A stretch of DNA of 63,984 nucleotides, the filler included. It is 6 parts of 6 records of this genome, joined end to end, with 100 filler letters (N's around TTAATTAATTAA, not from the genome) between each part and the next. Parts side by side here need not be neighbours in the genome. Positions count along the whole stretch, not along the records: positions 55,619 to 63,984 come from SRR31147125_12430; 5 more parts are not named here. One strand, given 5' to 3'. Under the pieces are notes generated by a model. That model did no database searches. It was not told the origin of the DNA and saw only the letters and a program-made list of their open reading frames with translations. The position numbers and the translations under genes are program-made. Shown here in pieces: positions 61,743 through 63,984 of the stretch. Every line of letters starts with the position of its first letter. The first letter of the stretch is position 1.

Positions 61743-63524
61743 TTAAGCCATCGAAATGTCCTGCAGCCATTTCCTGTAAATTGAAAATAGTTTCGACTTA
61801 GAAATAAATCCAACATAATTATTATTCTTGTCTACAACCGGTAAATTCCACGCGTCGGTATCCTGGAATTTAGCAACCACAGTTTCCATAGAGTCTTTCA
61901 TGTAAATAAATGCCGGAGGTGCAATCATTACATTTGAGACCTTTATTTCTTCGTACATATTGCTGTTGAACATAATATCTCTTATGTTATCCAGGAGAAC
62001 AATCCCGATTAGAACATTGTCTGCCTCAAGCACCGGGAATATATTTCTTTTCGATTTTGAAATTACTTTTATTAATTCACCCAATGTAGCATCCGGGTGG
62101 ATGGATTTAAAATCTTTTTCAATTACTTTTTTAATATCGATCAATTGAAGAATTGATTTGTCTTTGTTATGTGTTAGAAGTTCACCCCTGTCAGCAAGTC
62201 TTTTGGTGTAAATTGAGTGAGCATCAAAATAGTGTACCGTTAGATATGCAATGGTAGATGTAATAATTAAGGGGATAAATAATTGGTAACCACCTGTAAT
62301 CTCTGCGATTAAGAATATTGCGGTTAATGGTGCATGCATTATACCTGCCATTACACCAGCCATACCAACAAGGGCAAAGTTCTTTTCAGAAACAGAAACA
62401 AAATTTGTCACATTAATTATGCGAGCCGTTAAAAATCCTGTTATCCCACCCATAAATAGAGCAGGCGCAAAGATTCCCCCAACACCACCACTTCCTGAAG
62501 TTATGGAGCTGGCAAAAACCTTAAACAGAAGTACAAGTGTTAAAAACCCAATGATTACCCAGGAGTTTAACTCTATGGATTCTATTAGACTACCGTTTGT
62601 GATTTCGTGGGTGTGATTATTGAGTAATGCTCTTAGAATTTCGTAACCTTCACCGTATAATGGTGGGAATAAGAAGATAAGTAACCCAAGGACGCTGCCG
62701 CCAAGAATGACTTTTAAGAATGGTTTTTTAATTTTCCCTACCTGAGTTTCAATAAACAAAGTTCCTTTGGTGAAATAGGTTGAAACTAAACCTGCAAGAA
62801 TTCCCAGGACTATAAAAAATGGGATGTCGCTAAGAATGAATTGCTCACTGAGTGTGAAACTAAATATTACTTCTTTTCCTATAAAAAAATAGGATACCAT
62901 GGCGCCAGTTACGGCTGAGATTAAAAGAGGAACGAGAGACGATAAAGTTAAATCGAGTAATAAAACTTCAAGTCCGAATATTACAGCTGCGATGGGTGCC
63001 TTAAAAATACCTGCAATGGCTCCGGCAGCACCGCATCCAATAAGTAGGGTAGTGGTTTTGTAGTTTTGCTTAAATAACCTGCCAACATTCGAACCGATTG
63101 AAGAACCGGTTAGAACAATGGGGGCCTCTAGACCCACAGAACCACCAAATCCAACAGTTAGTGTGCTGGCAATAAGTGATGAATAATTGTTGTGCGATTT
63201 TATTAAACTGCTTTGTTTCGAGATTGAATATAGTATGCGACTTACACCATGTCCCAGATTATCCTTTACCACGTATTTTACAAATAATACGGTCAAAAGT
63301 ATCCCAATAAAAGGATACATAATAAACAGGTAATGGGCATTGCTTTCATCTAAACTTTTAACTAATTCTGTACTTACAAAATGGACAGTATTTTTGAGCA
63401 AAACGGCTGCCAGTCCACTTAACAAACCAATAAGAAGACTGAGCATAAGCACAAACTGTCTGTGTTTAATGTGTCTTAAACGCCAAATATAAAATTGCTT
63501 TAATAAAATAGAAACACGTGACAT
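61743..63524 (-). CDS. ClC chloride channel/antiporter with CBS pair
   Basis: GGSVGLEAP, GGVGGIFAP and C-terminal CBS domains. Confidence 0.93.
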   Translation of the reverse strand: MSRVSILLKQFYIWRLRHIKHRQFVLMLSLLIGLLSGLAAVLLKNTVHFVSTELVKSLDESNAHYLFIMYPFIGILLTVLFVKYVVKDNLGHGVSRILYSISKQSSLIKSHNNYSSLIASTLTVGFGGSVGLEAPIVLTGSSIGSNVGRLFKQNYKTTTLLIGCGAAGAIAGIFKAPIAAVIFGLEVLLLDLTLSSLVPLLISAVTGAMVSYFFIGKEVIFSFTLSEQFILSDIPFFIVLGILAGLVSTYFTKGTLFIETQVGKIKKPFLKVILGGSVLGLLIFLFPPLYGEGYEILRALLNNHTHEITNGSLIESIELNSWVIIGFLTLVLLFKVFASSITSGSGGVGGIFAPALFMGGITGFLTARIINVTNFVSVSEKNFALVGMAGVMAGIMHAPLTAIFLIAEITGGYQLFIPLIITSTIAYLTVHYFDAHSIYTKRLADRGELLTHNKDKSILQLIDIKKVIEKDFKSIHPDATLGELIKVISKSKRNIFPVLEADNVLIGIVLLDNIRDIMFNSNMYEEIKVSNVMIAPPAFIYMKDSMETVVAKFQDTDAWNLPVVDKNNNYVGFISKSKLFSIYRKWLQDISMA

Positions 63525-63611
63525 TGACTGAAAATGATTACAATAAATTTACGGCTAACAAAATAAGCTGCAAATGTATAATTTCTTTGATTAAATGAGG
63601 TTTCGAATAAA

Positions 63612-63984
63612 TTAATCTTCTGAAAAATCTTTTAATAATTTTCTATAAGCAGAAAATAATTTTGCCCGCGAAATAAATCCAATATATTTTCCCTGTTTGA
63701 GTACAGCAATATTGTATCTCCCACTAACCTGGAATTTCATGGCCACATCCTCAACAGATTCATTTTTTTCAATAACATAGTCTGGCATAAACATAAGATC
63801 GCGTACGTGTATTTTATCGTACATTTCATGGTTAAACATAATGTGGCGGATGTCATCCATTTTCACAATTCCGCGAAAAGTGCCATCATTTTCAACTACC
63901 GGGAAAATATTTCTGTTGGCACGGGTAATTATTTTCACCAAATCGCCAAGGGTATCATTTGGATTTATAATGCTGAAATCTTTT
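63612..63984 (-). CDS. CBS-pair C-terminus of a second ClC paralogue (5'-truncated)
   Basis: RNIFPVV...DDIRHIMFN...GFISRAKLFSAYRK parallels the downstream gene's RNIFPVL...DNIRDIMFN...GFISKSKLFSIYRK. Confidence 0.85.
   Translation of the reverse strand, partial: KDFSIINPNDTLGDLVKIITRANRNIFPVVENDGTFRGIVKMDDIRHIMFNHEMYDKIHVRDLMFMPDYVIEKNESVEDVAMKFQVSGRYNIAVLKQGKYIGFISRAKLFSAYRKLLKDFSED

Noticed and set aside
61743-63984. Tandem ClC-CBS paralogues as a novelty
   Set aside because: An ordinary transporter family; only the C-terminus of the second copy is visible and nothing unusual can be supported.

Overview
This window is not one continuous locus. It is six unrelated contigs joined by artificial 100-nt spacers (N-runs around TTAATTAATTAA) at 13790-13889, 26410-26509, 32881-32980, 38527-38626 and 55519-55618. 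(1) 1-13789: a glycan or O-antigen modification cluster (SDR epimerases, DegT aminotransferase, SGNH-like, ATP-grasp, radical SAM, deacetylase, formyltransferase, TPR/glycosyltransferase, AsnB-like amidotransferase). (2) 13890-26409: a fragment of a divergent T7-like (Autographiviridae-type) phage with capsid, scaffold, portal, single-subunit RNA polymerase, Lar-like protein, dUTPase and RusA. (3) 26510-32880: an FCB-type secreted-protein locus (metallophosphoesterase, LamG/T9SS-CTD protein, PorV-like barrel). (4) 32981-38526: Bacteroidota housekeeping genes (GT2, gldA-like, ispG, flavin reductase, M3 peptidase). (5) 38627-55518: a deltaproteobacterial-type truA...metK-pts-rpoN-pyrG-rpsI region containing two sigma54-promoted operons of orphan proteins. 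(6) 55619-63984: Bacteroidota tamB-exbBD-tonB, TauE, glyA and ClC genes. The best candidate for a novel system is in the phage. An AT-rich, counter-oriented three-gene cassette with sigma70-type promoters sits between the RNAP gene and the late promoter. It encodes a 72-aa peptide plus two membrane-anchored paralogues, one with His/Arg/Asp motifs intact and one with them erased. The RNAP itself has an 8-cysteine insertion and altered conserved motifs. Many genes carry single-base homopolymer frameshifts, which are most likely sequencing errors. Taxonomic and family calls come from motif recognition only; no searches were run.
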